IMG/VR virus record: IMGVR_UViG_3300021962_000073
Location: 13,978-77,977 of that record
Source of the DNA: a virus
DNA: 64,000 nt
Reading direction: 5' to 3' (one strand)
Part shown: positions 34,253-43,815 of the stretch, one piece after another
How the letters are laid out: every line of letters begins with the position of its first letter
How positions within the stretch are numbered: position 1 is the stretch's first letter
Notes under the pieces: model-generated
Database searches by the model: none
What the model was told of the DNA's origin: nothing
Seen by the model: only the letters and a program-made list of their open reading frames with translations
Made by a program: the position numbers and the translations under genes

Positions 34253-35240
34253 TATGAACTTTATATGGTGGATAGGTGTCGTAGAAAATATCGACGATCC
34301 TTTAAAGATAGGAAGATTGAGAGTAAGGATCATTAATTATCATACAGAAAATCTGAATCTTCTTCCATCTACTGATTTACCTTGGGCTGAAGTTTTATTT
34401 GCATCCAATGGATCGACTTATTTAAATGTAAAAGAAGAGGATTGGGTGATAGGGTTTTTCTCTGATGGACCTAATGCTCAAAGACCTGTTGTTATGGGAG
34501 TTTTGCCTGCTATAAAAGAGATACAGCCTAGTATCGAAACTGGATTTTCTAGACAGGTAACTCCTGTACAAATATTGAAGGCACCAGAGCCCGCAAAAGA
34601 AATTGTCGTTGGTAAAGTGGGTGAGCCTACTATTCCCAGATCGACAAGAGGAGTTGTTACTGGTACGCCAATTGAAATCGCAAACAATAAAAGAGAACAC
34701 GTTTGCGACATCTCAAATGAAATGACGCGAGCAGCCTCATGGGTTAGACTTAAATTTAGCGAATTTATGGACCTAATCAGAAAAGGAATTAGAGCATTAC
34801 TTAAAGCATTAGGAACATCACCAGATGGTGTTTCATCCAGATTTCAGGAATTAGCTAAAGCAGTGTCGAATGAACTTAAAAAAGTTCAGAAAGTATTAAA
34901 AGATGTGCAAGATGCGATTGCTGTTTTTAATAATTTTATAAAAAAAGTAAATGATTTGATCAAATATATTTTATCTCTTCCTGCCAAACTTTTAGCTATG
35001 CTCCAAGAATGCCTAAGTAACTTATACTCTTCCCTATCTAAAGGATTTACAGAATTATTTAAAGATGTTGGTGGTAGTTCTGATTTCTCTTCGATAGCGG
35101 AAGTTGCAAAAGAAGTACAGAAAACTGTAGGAGTTGCTGTAGAAACCGCAGGAAAAGCAGCAGAGTCGGCTGCATTAACTGCATCAACTATCGCAACCGT
35201 TGGTGCCGCAACACAAACTGCGAAAGCATTCAAAATATGA
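34245..35240 (+). CDS. 5: gp5 N-terminal (OB-fold) protein
   Basis: WWIGVVE..DDP.K.GR.RVR, DLPWA, WV.GFF.DG..AQ.P.VMG, followed by a helical region. Confidence 0.8.
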   Translation: MHNMNFIWWIGVVENIDDPLKIGRLRVRIINYHTENLNLLPSTDLPWAEVLFASNGSTYLNVKEEDWVIGFFSDGPNAQRPVVMGVLPAIKEIQPSIETGFSRQVTPVQILKAPEPAKEIVVGKVGEPTIPRSTRGVVTGTPIEIANNKREHVCDISNEMTRAASWVRLKFSEFMDLIRKGIRALLKALGTSPDGVSSRFQELAKAVSNELKKVQKVLKDVQDAIAVFNNFIKKVNDLIKYILSLPAKLLAMLQECLSNLYSSLSKGFTELFKDVGGSSDFSSIAEVAKEVQKTVGVAVETAGKAAESAALTASTIATVGAATQTAKAFKI

Positions 35241-36073
35241 GCGAACTAGAAAAACCATCATGGGACTATGGTTGGACAGAACCCGAATCTGAAGCCTCAA
35301 TAGAAAACCCACCGACTTATCCTTATAATAAGGCCACTGTTACTGATTCTGGTCATTCATTTGAAATGGATGATACGAAAGGTAGAGAGAGAGTTCGCCT
35401 TCAACACGGTGGTGCAAAAACTAACGGTGAGGGTACATTTTTCGAAATGCAATCGAATGGTGATATGGTCACTAAAGTAATTAAAGACAATTATGAAATT
35501 ATTGCGGGAAGAAATAATGTCTTAATAAAAGGTGTCTGTAATATAACAATAGAAGGCGATTCTGTCCTTCATGTTAAAGGTAATAAGTATGAAAGAATCG
35601 ATGGAGATTATATACAGGAAGTAAGAGGTAGATTTACACAAACAGTTGTGGGTGACAGTACAACAAGTAGTTTAGGAACTTTATCATTAAATGCCGGCAA
35701 CCCAGAATCTTTAATACCTGATGGTATTATGATTTTTAGAGCAGGCGATTTCGTTTCTGTTGATAGTGACTTGAATGTTGAAGGTTCTGTCGCTGCCGAT
35801 ATGATAACATCTGTAACTAAAGTAAATGCTGGAACACAAGTTAATGCGGGACCTTTGGGATTTGTAACTGAAAGTGGTGGATTGGCTGTTGGAGTACCTG
35901 TTGCAACCCCGCTTCAGGTAAATGCGGCTCTTTCAGTTAACTCACCATTAATTAATGGTACTGTTGTCCGAGATTCTATGGGAACAATGATGACCATGAG
36001 ATTTCAGCACAATATACACAATCATATGGCCTTTAAAGGTCCAACTTCTACTCCATTAAAGAAAATGATTTGA
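35237..36073 (+). CDS. gp5 C-terminal spike (beta-helix) protein
   Basis: YPYN....T.SGH.FEMDDT.G.ER.R..H, 8-residue beta repeats, C-terminal HNIHNH. Confidence 0.8.
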   Translation: MSELEKPSWDYGWTEPESEASIENPPTYPYNKATVTDSGHSFEMDDTKGRERVRLQHGGAKTNGEGTFFEMQSNGDMVTKVIKDNYEIIAGRNNVLIKGVCNITIEGDSVLHVKGNKYERIDGDYIQEVRGRFTQTVVGDSTTSSLGTLSLNAGNPESLIPDGIMIFRAGDFVSVDSDLNVEGSVAADMITSVTKVNAGTQVNAGPLGFVTESGGLAVGVPVATPLQVNAALSVNSPLINGTVVRDSMGTMMTMRFQHNIHNHMAFKGPTSTPLKKMI

Positions 36074-36081
36074 GGTGATGA

Positions 36082-36945
36082 ATGTCTGGAGCGAATGTTT
36101 TTAATCGTTTAAGTTTTAGTTTCGATACGAGTAAATTTGGTGAGGCGGCCAATTTAAGTCAAGGAACAAAAGACTTTTTAAATACTAGTCCTGTAGTTTT
36201 GACGGATTGGCAAAAATCCGATTTAGCCAATGGCACGATTGTTGTGACGGATTACTACAAAAATCCTTTAGTAAATGTTTTGAGTCAACTGAGATCAAAT
36301 GTTTATAATTTATACAACACTTTTATTTCTGTAGAATTTTTTGATTTTCCGAATGTACAGACTGCTAATATAGTTTCCGAAACTAGCAATTTGATCGTTC
36401 AAATTGATATGATGAAAAAACATTCAGATAATATTTCTGGAGTAACCAGTTCTTTCGGAGATACAATAGAAAATTCTACTGTGGTTATTGAATATCCCGA
36501 CTATGAAAAAGCAATATCGATAGGAAGAGATTTGGTAATGTTACTTAATTCCACAGACGGAATTCAAAATGCTACTCCAGTTTTGGGAAGTATGACAAGC
36601 CTTTTTATAAAAAATGATATTCAAAATAATAACCCTATAATTGTTACTGCAAATACAACAATTAACAATAGTATTAGACTCGTTTCTGTTGGTGGAGGAT
36701 ATAATGTATATTCAAATATATCTGGAACGACATCAAATAGTATACTTTTACAAATTAAAACGGCAAATACTTTAATTGGTGGTAGAAGAGAACACGATTG
36801 GAACTATTATCGAGAGGGTTTGAAATTGATGGAAGACTACAATAAGGTTACCAAATTTGAAGATGTAGGACAAACCCAAGAATATCTGGTAAAAAATCTT
36901 ATTGGAACTGATTCATATATAAACAAGATTTCGGCAAACACATAA
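36082..36945 (+). CDS. hypothetical virion-associated protein
   Basis: 287-aa ORF between gp5 and gp25. Confidence 0.7.
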   Translation: MSGANVFNRLSFSFDTSKFGEAANLSQGTKDFLNTSPVVLTDWQKSDLANGTIVVTDYYKNPLVNVLSQLRSNVYNLYNTFISVEFFDFPNVQTANIVSETSNLIVQIDMMKKHSDNISGVTSSFGDTIENSTVVIEYPDYEKAISIGRDLVMLLNSTDGIQNATPVLGSMTSLFIKNDIQNNNPIIVTANTTINNSIRLVSVGGGYNVYSNISGTTSNSILLQIKTANTLIGGRREHDWNYYREGLKLMEDYNKVTKFEDVGQTQEYLVKNLIGTDSYINKISANT

Positions 36946-36955
36946 TAAATAAGAA

Positions 36956-37360
36956 ATGGCAAGCATAGTCGCACAAACCGCAAAAAGATATAAAGACCTG
37001 GATTTGTCTTTTACTAGACATCCAGTTAGAAATGATGTCAATAAACATACTGATGAGATGGCTGTTATAAATGCTCTCAAAAATTTGTTATCTTTGAGCT
37101 ATTATGAAAAGCCCTTTCATCCAGAAATAGGTTCTGGAGTTAGAGGTTTATTATTTGAAAATATGGATATCGTTACGGCCAGAGTTTTGGAAAGAGAAAT
37201 AAAACAAACAATACAGAATTTTGAACCTAGAGTAAATGTTCAAAAAGTAGAAGTTTCTCCAGATTTTGATAATAATGGATATTCTATAGGTATGACTTTT
37301 TATATTATAAACAGAACAGAACCAATAACAATAGATTTTTTCTTGCAAAGAGATAGATAA
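36956..37360 (+). CDS. 25: baseplate wedge gp25
   Basis: YKDLDLSF, EKPFHPEIGS, FEPRV. Confidence 0.92.
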   Translation: MASIVAQTAKRYKDLDLSFTRHPVRNDVNKHTDEMAVINALKNLLSLSYYEKPFHPEIGSGVRGLLFENMDIVTARVLEREIKQTIQNFEPRVNVQKVEVSPDFDNNGYSIGMTFYIINRTEPITIDFFLQRDR

Positions 37361-37362
37361 AA

Positions 37363-39435
37363 ATGGCAGATCGTCTAAATGTCACGGAATTGGATTTCGA
37401 TTCAATTAAAACTAATCTCAAAAACTTTTTGAAACAACAATCAGAATTTGAAGATTATGATTTTGAAGGTTCTGGTTTAAACATACTGTTGGATGTGTTG
37501 GCATACAATACACACTATAATGCTTTTTATTTGAATGCGATAGCAAATGAATCATTCCTAGATACCGCAGTTTTAAGAAACTCTGTAGTATCACATGCTA
37601 AAAAATTAGGTTATACACCTAGATCAAAATCTGCTGCAAAAGCAATTGTAAATATTACCGTACAAACAGACAATTCTAATCCAGGTACTTTGACTTTACC
37701 TAAAGGTTATGTTTTTCTTTCTTCTAAAATCGACGGCGCATCATATAAGTTTGTAACATTAGAAACTTATACCGTATCTAAAACTGGCAACAATTTTGTG
37801 TTTACTTCAATACCAATTTATGAAGGTCAGTTAGTATCATATAGTTACATAAACAGTTATGCTGAAAATCCTCGACAACTTTTTACTATACAAGATTCTG
37901 AAGTTGATACAAAAACCTTAAAGATTAGTGTTAGACAATCAACTTCTAATTCTCAAGTTACTGTATTTACTAAAGCAGAAAACATTTTAGAATTGACTGC
38001 GAATTCTGAAGTTTATTATTTACAAGAAGGTAGAAACAGTCAGTATGATGTTTATTTTGGAGATAATGTTCTGAGTAAAAGGATTCCTGATGGCGGAGTT
38101 GTTACATTAGAATACTTGATTACAAATGCTGATTTGGCAAATAAAGCAAATACATTTACTACTTCGGCACCTATAGGTGGTTTTTCCACAATAGTTGTCA
38201 ATCCTTTATCTGCTGCTTCAGGTGGTTCTCCTGCTGAAACAGTTGAACAGATCAAGTTTGCAGCACCATTATCCTTATTATCACAAAATCGTGCAGTCAC
38301 TAAAAACGATTATATAAGATTGATACAGCAAAAATATCCTGCATTCGAGGCAGTCAATGTGTGGGGTGGAGAGGAAAATGATCCTCCAATTTATGGCAAG
38401 GTTTTCATTTCGGCAAAACCAAAATTAGGTTTTGAAATTACACAAACCGAAAAAGAATTTGTTGTTGAGAATGTATTGAAACCCATTAGTATGTTGACCG
38501 TAACTCCAGAAATAATTGATGTAGATTATAATTACTTGAAGGTAACAACTACCGTATTTTATGATAGAAATAAAACAACTCAGTCCGATGAGGATTTAAA
38601 AAATTCAATAAAGACAGTTATCTCAAATTATTGTAATAATAATTTAAATAAATTTAATTCATATTTTAAATATTCTGGTTTAGAAACCGCAATAGATTCT
38701 TATAGTTCATCGATCTTTTCGAATGAGGTCGAATTATTTGTGGCTAAAAAATTTAGACCAGTTTTAGGACAATCAGATAGTTATGTTTTAGATTTTGGTT
38801 TCGAATTGTCAAGAGGCACTACTAGCGATAATTTTTATTCATCTCCCGACTTTACGATTGTTGATGAAGAAGGCATCTCTAGACAATGTTTTTTTGAAGA
38901 AATACCATCATCATTTACAGGACTAGAATCTGTTACAATTACGAATCCAGGATATGGTTATACTTCCACTCCAACAGTAACAGTTGTTGGAGATGGAGAA
39001 GGAGCAGTTGCCGTTGCAACAATAGTTAATGGAAAATTATCAAAGATAGAAGTGACCAATCCAGGCGTCGGCTATACTACTGCCGCAATTCAAATAATTG
39101 GTGGTGGAGGTTTTTTAGGTGCCGCTTCTGCGGTTTTAGAAGGTCGATATGGACAAATAAGAATATCTTATTACAAAACAGATGAAATCAGTAGTCAGAG
39201 TACGAAAGTTGTTATCAACAGAAATAGAAATAATGGTATTACAGGAACAATTGATTACTTCTTAGGAAAAATATACATAGATAATTTTTATCCTACGGCA
39301 GTAAATAATAGCTTTGGTGATATCATGATTCATATAAAGCCAAAAATAAACGTAATTCAATCCAAATTAAATCATATGCTTGTCATCGATACTGACGATT
39401 CCTCAAGCATAGTAGTTAAAACAGTTATCGTATAA
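37363..39435 (+). CDS. 6: baseplate wedge gp6
   Basis: ELDFDSIK.NL..FL, DYDFEGS, LAYNTHY, QNRAVT..DY, WGGE. Confidence 0.93.
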   Translation: MADRLNVTELDFDSIKTNLKNFLKQQSEFEDYDFEGSGLNILLDVLAYNTHYNAFYLNAIANESFLDTAVLRNSVVSHAKKLGYTPRSKSAAKAIVNITVQTDNSNPGTLTLPKGYVFLSSKIDGASYKFVTLETYTVSKTGNNFVFTSIPIYEGQLVSYSYINSYAENPRQLFTIQDSEVDTKTLKISVRQSTSNSQVTVFTKAENILELTANSEVYYLQEGRNSQYDVYFGDNVLSKRIPDGGVVTLEYLITNADLANKANTFTTSAPIGGFSTIVVNPLSAASGGSPAETVEQIKFAAPLSLLSQNRAVTKNDYIRLIQQKYPAFEAVNVWGGEENDPPIYGKVFISAKPKLGFEITQTEKEFVVENVLKPISMLTVTPEIIDVDYNYLKVTTTVFYDRNKTTQSDEDLKNSIKTVISNYCNNNLNKFNSYFKYSGLETAIDSYSSSIFSNEVELFVAKKFRPVLGQSDSYVLDFGFELSRGTTSDNFYSSPDFTIVDEEGISRQCFFEEIPSSFTGLESVTITNPGYGYTSTPTVTVVGDGEGAVAVATIVNGKLSKIEVTNPGVGYTTAAIQIIGGGGFLGAASAVLEGRYGQIRISYYKTDEISSQSTKVVINRNRNNGITGTIDYFLGKIYIDNFYPTAVNNSFGDIMIHIKPKINVIQSKLNHMLVIDTDDSSSIVVKTVIV

Positions 39436-42400
39436 TGCAAAATTTTAAAACATCATCTCTGGTAAAAAGACAATTACCGGATTTTGTAAGAAGTGATCAT
39501 CCTACATTCGTAACTTTTTTAGAAAAATATTATGAATGGTTAGAACAAACCGATAAAGTATACTATGAGATCGATGCACTAAAAGATTCGCATGATGTCG
39601 ATACTGCTGATTCTTTCTATATTGAAAAATTAAAACAAGATTTATTACCTTATTTTCCAGCTAATGTAATAGCAGATAAGAGATTATTTTTAAAACTCGT
39701 TTCTAATTTTTATAAGTCTAGCGGAACTCAAGAATCTCTTAAATTTTTATTCAAAGCATTATATAATGATGACATAGAAATTTATTATCCTAAAGAAGAT
39801 ATTCTAAAAGCTTCTGATGGTAAATGGGTTTTACCTTTAGCCCTTCGTATTGATACGAATGATAATAATATTTTTAATATTGAAAAATGTATTTTGCAAG
39901 GAGTTTCTTCTAAAGCAACGTCTATAGTTGAGAAAGTAATACGATCTGTAGATAGACAGTTAGGTGTCTCTTATATTGAAGTTTACATTTCAAATATTGA
40001 AAGACTTTATGAAACGGGTGAGACGGTCACAGCAACTTATAACGATTCAATAACTGAATTACCTGTAACAGTTACAGGACGTTTGATTGGTTCTCTATCA
40101 GAAATTAAAATAAATCCCAGCAATAGAGGTCTTCTCTATAGAGGTTATGAACCAGAAAATAATTATGATGGTGATCCTGTTAGTATTGTTGGAGGTTTAA
40201 ATCCTGAATCTGCTAATCCTATAGGTGCATTAGCTTATGTTGGTGATGTTACTAAAGGCTCAATTACTGATATTGTTGTTGAAAATGGTGGGTTTGGATT
40301 TAGAAGTCAGATAGATTTTCCAGGATCTTCTTTAATAGATTTCCAGGGCGGTTTTGAAAATACCGCATTTGGACAAGAAGCCAGAGCAAACATTTCTCTT
40401 ATTGATGAAGATATAGTTAGAACGATGAATCTCACTAGCACAATCGTTTCTAATATTATCACGGGATCAAATGTAACATTAACTGGTACTGCAAGCATTT
40501 CATCGACGGGAAATGTAGTTACAGGATCAGGGACTTCATTTACTACACAATTATCAGTTGGAGATGCGGTATATTTTGGTGGTTTCCTTCAAGAAGTTAC
40601 ACTCATAACAAACAATACAACATTAGAGGTAGCAAATAATTTTCCAACTACAACAAGTGGAGTCTCTCTCATCAAAGCAGGAGGAGTAATTGCTAATATT
40701 AGATCACAATTAATTAGTAATTTATCTTCTTTTAATAGTATAAATGTTTATCCAATATCATTTGTAACGATTGATGGATCTGGTGGTGGTTATAGAAGTA
40801 AGCCACAAGTTGAGACTTATAGTTTTTATTTGGAAGAGTATACAGATGATTTAATATTAGGTAGTGTATCTATTGTAAAAGGCACTTCGCTAGTATCGAA
40901 TAATGCAACATCAACAGGAAATTTACCTTCTCTTATCGAAACTGGAGACTATGTAAGAATAAGTTATATTTCTCAGGCAGGAACTCAAATCGGTGAAGAG
41001 ATTCGAGAAGTTGAATATGTCGATAGTAATACTTTATATTTTTCTGAGCCATTCGCTAATGATGTTTTGGCTAGAGTGTATAAAGTTAATAGAAGAGATT
41101 TATATAAACTTGGATCTCTAGGTAGAATTTCTATAAATTCTCCTGGTTTAAATTATGCCAACGGAGAAGTTTTAATTTTTACTGGAGGTAGTGGCTATGG
41201 TGCGAATGGATATGTAACAGTAAATGCTCTAGGATCAATAGTAGGAGTAACTTTAAATAATCATTCTTCAAACGCATATGTAATTGGAGGTGAGGGTTAT
41301 AGTAGAACATCTTTACCTACTCTAACCATACAGACATCTGGTGGTACAGGTGCCAATCTTACCGTTTCGGAAATAACTGGTGATGGTGAATCCTATTCAT
41401 TAACGACATCTAGAGTTGGAGCAATTTCCAGCATTAGAGTTATAAGTTACGGTTATGATTATATTTCTTCACCTAAAGTTTCATTGAGAAATGCAGACAT
41501 TCAAACAACTGGTATAACACCAGGAACTCTTTTTGTTGCAAATACCACAGTTTATCAAGGTACATCAAATTCAAACTTTTCATTTAAAGCCACAGTAGAT
41601 TCATTTAATCAGTCTAGCGGTTTGCTCAGAGTTTTTGATTATATCGGTACTATCAACACAGCAAGAAGATTGATATACGATAGCTCAATTTCTTTAAATG
41701 CAGTAAGTTCGAATGTAACGTCTTTTGTTGCTTATGGAGATGGAACTGCGAAAGCCACTGCTAAATTTGAAAATGGCTTGATAAGATATCCAGGTATTTA
41801 CCTCAACACTGATGGTCAAGTTAGTGCTGATAAGAAATTGCAAGATTCGGAAAAATATCACAACTTCTCTTATGTAATAAAATCCGAAACCGATTATGCA
41901 GATTTTAAGAAGCCTTTGAATGATCTTGTTCATCCTATCGGTACAAAAACTCTTGTCGTTCGAAATATTGATAATTTCGAAATTATTCCGACATCCAATT
42001 CTTCAGATTTTATTACAGTAACTTCTTTAGCAGATAGTTATAATATAGGAATAAATTCGAACACAATAACGACAACAAATGTTTCAGCAAATCTACAGCA
42101 ATTAGTAAATGTTGGTGATATAATTATACTTTCAAATGTTCACAAAACCCTGCAAAATACAGTAAATGTAACTAGTGGATCCAATGTACTAACTGGTATC
42201 GCAAACGATGTCAATTTTATTAATGACTTACAAGAAGGTGATACAATCTACCTATCAACAGGAAATACCGTTACGATACAGTCCATAACCAATTCTAATT
42301 TTGCATTACTAAGTACAACAATTAATGTCACTTCAACCTCAGCAACTATGAATTTAGTCTATTCTGAAGTAGCTAAAGCAAATTCAGTAAATGCAAATAC

Positions 42401-42470
42401 TATTATAACTACGACTAAATTTAAAGCAAGTGGAAGCAATCTTTCAGCAACCATTCAAAAAGTTAGATAA
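39435..42470 (+). CDS. 7: baseplate wedge gp7-like
   Basis: QLPDFVR.D.P.F..FLE.YYEW, FY.S.GT, ASDGKW, QDS..YH.FSY, HP.G. Confidence 0.8.
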   Translation: MQNFKTSSLVKRQLPDFVRSDHPTFVTFLEKYYEWLEQTDKVYYEIDALKDSHDVDTADSFYIEKLKQDLLPYFPANVIADKRLFLKLVSNFYKSSGTQESLKFLFKALYNDDIEIYYPKEDILKASDGKWVLPLALRIDTNDNNIFNIEKCILQGVSSKATSIVEKVIRSVDRQLGVSYIEVYISNIERLYETGETVTATYNDSITELPVTVTGRLIGSLSEIKINPSNRGLLYRGYEPENNYDGDPVSIVGGLNPESANPIGALAYVGDVTKGSITDIVVENGGFGFRSQIDFPGSSLIDFQGGFENTAFGQEARANISLIDEDIVRTMNLTSTIVSNIITGSNVTLTGTASISSTGNVVTGSGTSFTTQLSVGDAVYFGGFLQEVTLITNNTTLEVANNFPTTTSGVSLIKAGGVIANIRSQLISNLSSFNSINVYPISFVTIDGSGGGYRSKPQVETYSFYLEEYTDDLILGSVSIVKGTSLVSNNATSTGNLPSLIETGDYVRISYISQAGTQIGEEIREVEYVDSNTLYFSEPFANDVLARVYKVNRRDLYKLGSLGRISINSPGLNYANGEVLIFTGGSGYGANGYVTVNALGSIVGVTLNNHSSNAYVIGGEGYSRTSLPTLTIQTSGGTGANLTVSEITGDGESYSLTTSRVGAISSIRVISYGYDYISSPKVSLRNADIQTTGITPGTLFVANTTVYQGTSNSNFSFKATVDSFNQSSGLLRVFDYIGTINTARRLIYDSSISLNAVSSNVTSFVAYGDGTAKATAKFENGLIRYPGIYLNTDGQVSADKKLQDSEKYHNFSYVIKSETDYADFKKPLNDLVHPIGTKTLVVRNIDNFEIIPTSNSSDFITVTSLADSYNIGINSNTITTTNVSANLQQLVNVGDIIILSNVHKTLQNTVNVTSGSNVLTGIANDVNFINDLQEGDTIYLSTGNTVTIQSITNSNFALLSTTINVTSTSATMNLVYSEVAKANSVNANTIITTTKFKASGSNLSATIQKVR

Positions 42471-42478
42471 ATAAAAAC

Positions 42479-43804
42479 ATGCCATCTATTATTACTAATA
42501 ATTTCAAAATAACATTAGCCAAACAAGTATATAATTTACTTGAAATTGGTGCTAATTCCTATTTGCCGGCAGAAAAAAAATCTTATGTCTATGCTTTTAT
42601 AGGTAAACAATTACCTTGGAACACTGGCACCGAAGTTGCTCCAACTCCACAACAATCTATAGTAGCACAAAACGACTACTATAAAAGAGGAATTTACGCT
42701 AAACAATTGTCTATTGAGAATTCTTCTCTAGTTGTTCCTAGAATAAATTGGACATCGAATACTGTTTATAATACATACGAATCAAGTTCAAATTTTTATG
42801 TTTTAAATTCCAAAGATCAAGTATTTAAATGTTTATCAAATAATAGTTCTGTTGCTTCCACAGATGAGCCTCAACTAACTTTATCGACAACTTCTCTAGA
42901 AGAACCTTACGTTCAAACTTCCGATGGTTATAAGTGGAAGTATATGTTGACATTAACGTCTTTACAAAAACAGAAATTCTTAACGCAAGAATGGATGCCG
43001 GTTGTATATAATAAATTCGTTCGTGCCGCAGCCGAACCAGGATCAATAGATGTCGTTACAATAACAAATTCAGGTAACAATTATACTAACGGTGGAACAC
43101 AAGGCATAATAAGTATAGAAGGTGATGGTACTGGCGCTATACTTAAAGCTAATGTGGCTAACGGACAAGTTCAAAATATTATTATTCAGAATAGAGGAAC
43201 AAATTATACTTTCGCCAATTTAACTTTTCAAGATGTAACAGGCGGAGTAGGTTCAGATGCAAGTGCTGTCGTTTCTATTGCTCCAGTTGATGGTCACGGA
43301 TATGATCCAGTTTATGAATTAGGTGCTTCTTCGGTAATGTTCACGGTAGATTTTGATCAGAGTGAAACTTCTACTTTACCTGTCGATAATGATTTTCGAG
43401 AAGTAGTTTTAGTTCAAAATCCTCTGTTGTACGGATCAACAACTTTAGCATCTGCTTCTAAATATACACTATACACGAAAGTCAAAGTTTCTCCTGGTGT
43501 TGGAGATTTCAGTACCGATGAAATCGTTTATCAGGGTGACTCTTATGCAACATCTACCTTTAGTGCCGATGTAATTTCTTTTGATCCTGTTGAAAATTTC
43601 ATTTTTTTGAATAATATAAAAGGCACTTTAGAAACCAATAAAACAATTTGGGGATTAACTTCAGGTTCGATTAGGGTTGTAAATTCATTTTTAAATCCAA
43701 ATCTCAAACCTTATTCAGGAAAAATATTATACATATCTGATAAATTGCCCATAAGTAGGGATGCATCTCAAACAGAAAGAATTCGTTTCGTATTGAGCTT
43801 TTAA
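42479..43804 (+). CDS. 8: baseplate wedge gp8
   Basis: VPRINW, FYVLN...V.KCL.N, DGYKWKY, GHG.D...ELG. Confidence 0.85.
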   Translation: MPSIITNNFKITLAKQVYNLLEIGANSYLPAEKKSYVYAFIGKQLPWNTGTEVAPTPQQSIVAQNDYYKRGIYAKQLSIENSSLVVPRINWTSNTVYNTYESSSNFYVLNSKDQVFKCLSNNSSVASTDEPQLTLSTTSLEEPYVQTSDGYKWKYMLTLTSLQKQKFLTQEWMPVVYNKFVRAAAEPGSIDVVTITNSGNNYTNGGTQGIISIEGDGTGAILKANVANGQVQNIIIQNRGTNYTFANLTFQDVTGGVGSDASAVVSIAPVDGHGYDPVYELGASSVMFTVDFDQSETSTLPVDNDFREVVLVQNPLLYGSTTLASASKYTLYTKVKVSPGVGDFSTDEIVYQGDSYATSTFSADVISFDPVENFIFLNNIKGTLETNKTIWGLTSGSIRVVNSFLNPNLKPYSGKILYISDKLPISRDASQTERIRFVLSF

Positions 43805-43815
43805 ACGAGGAATAA

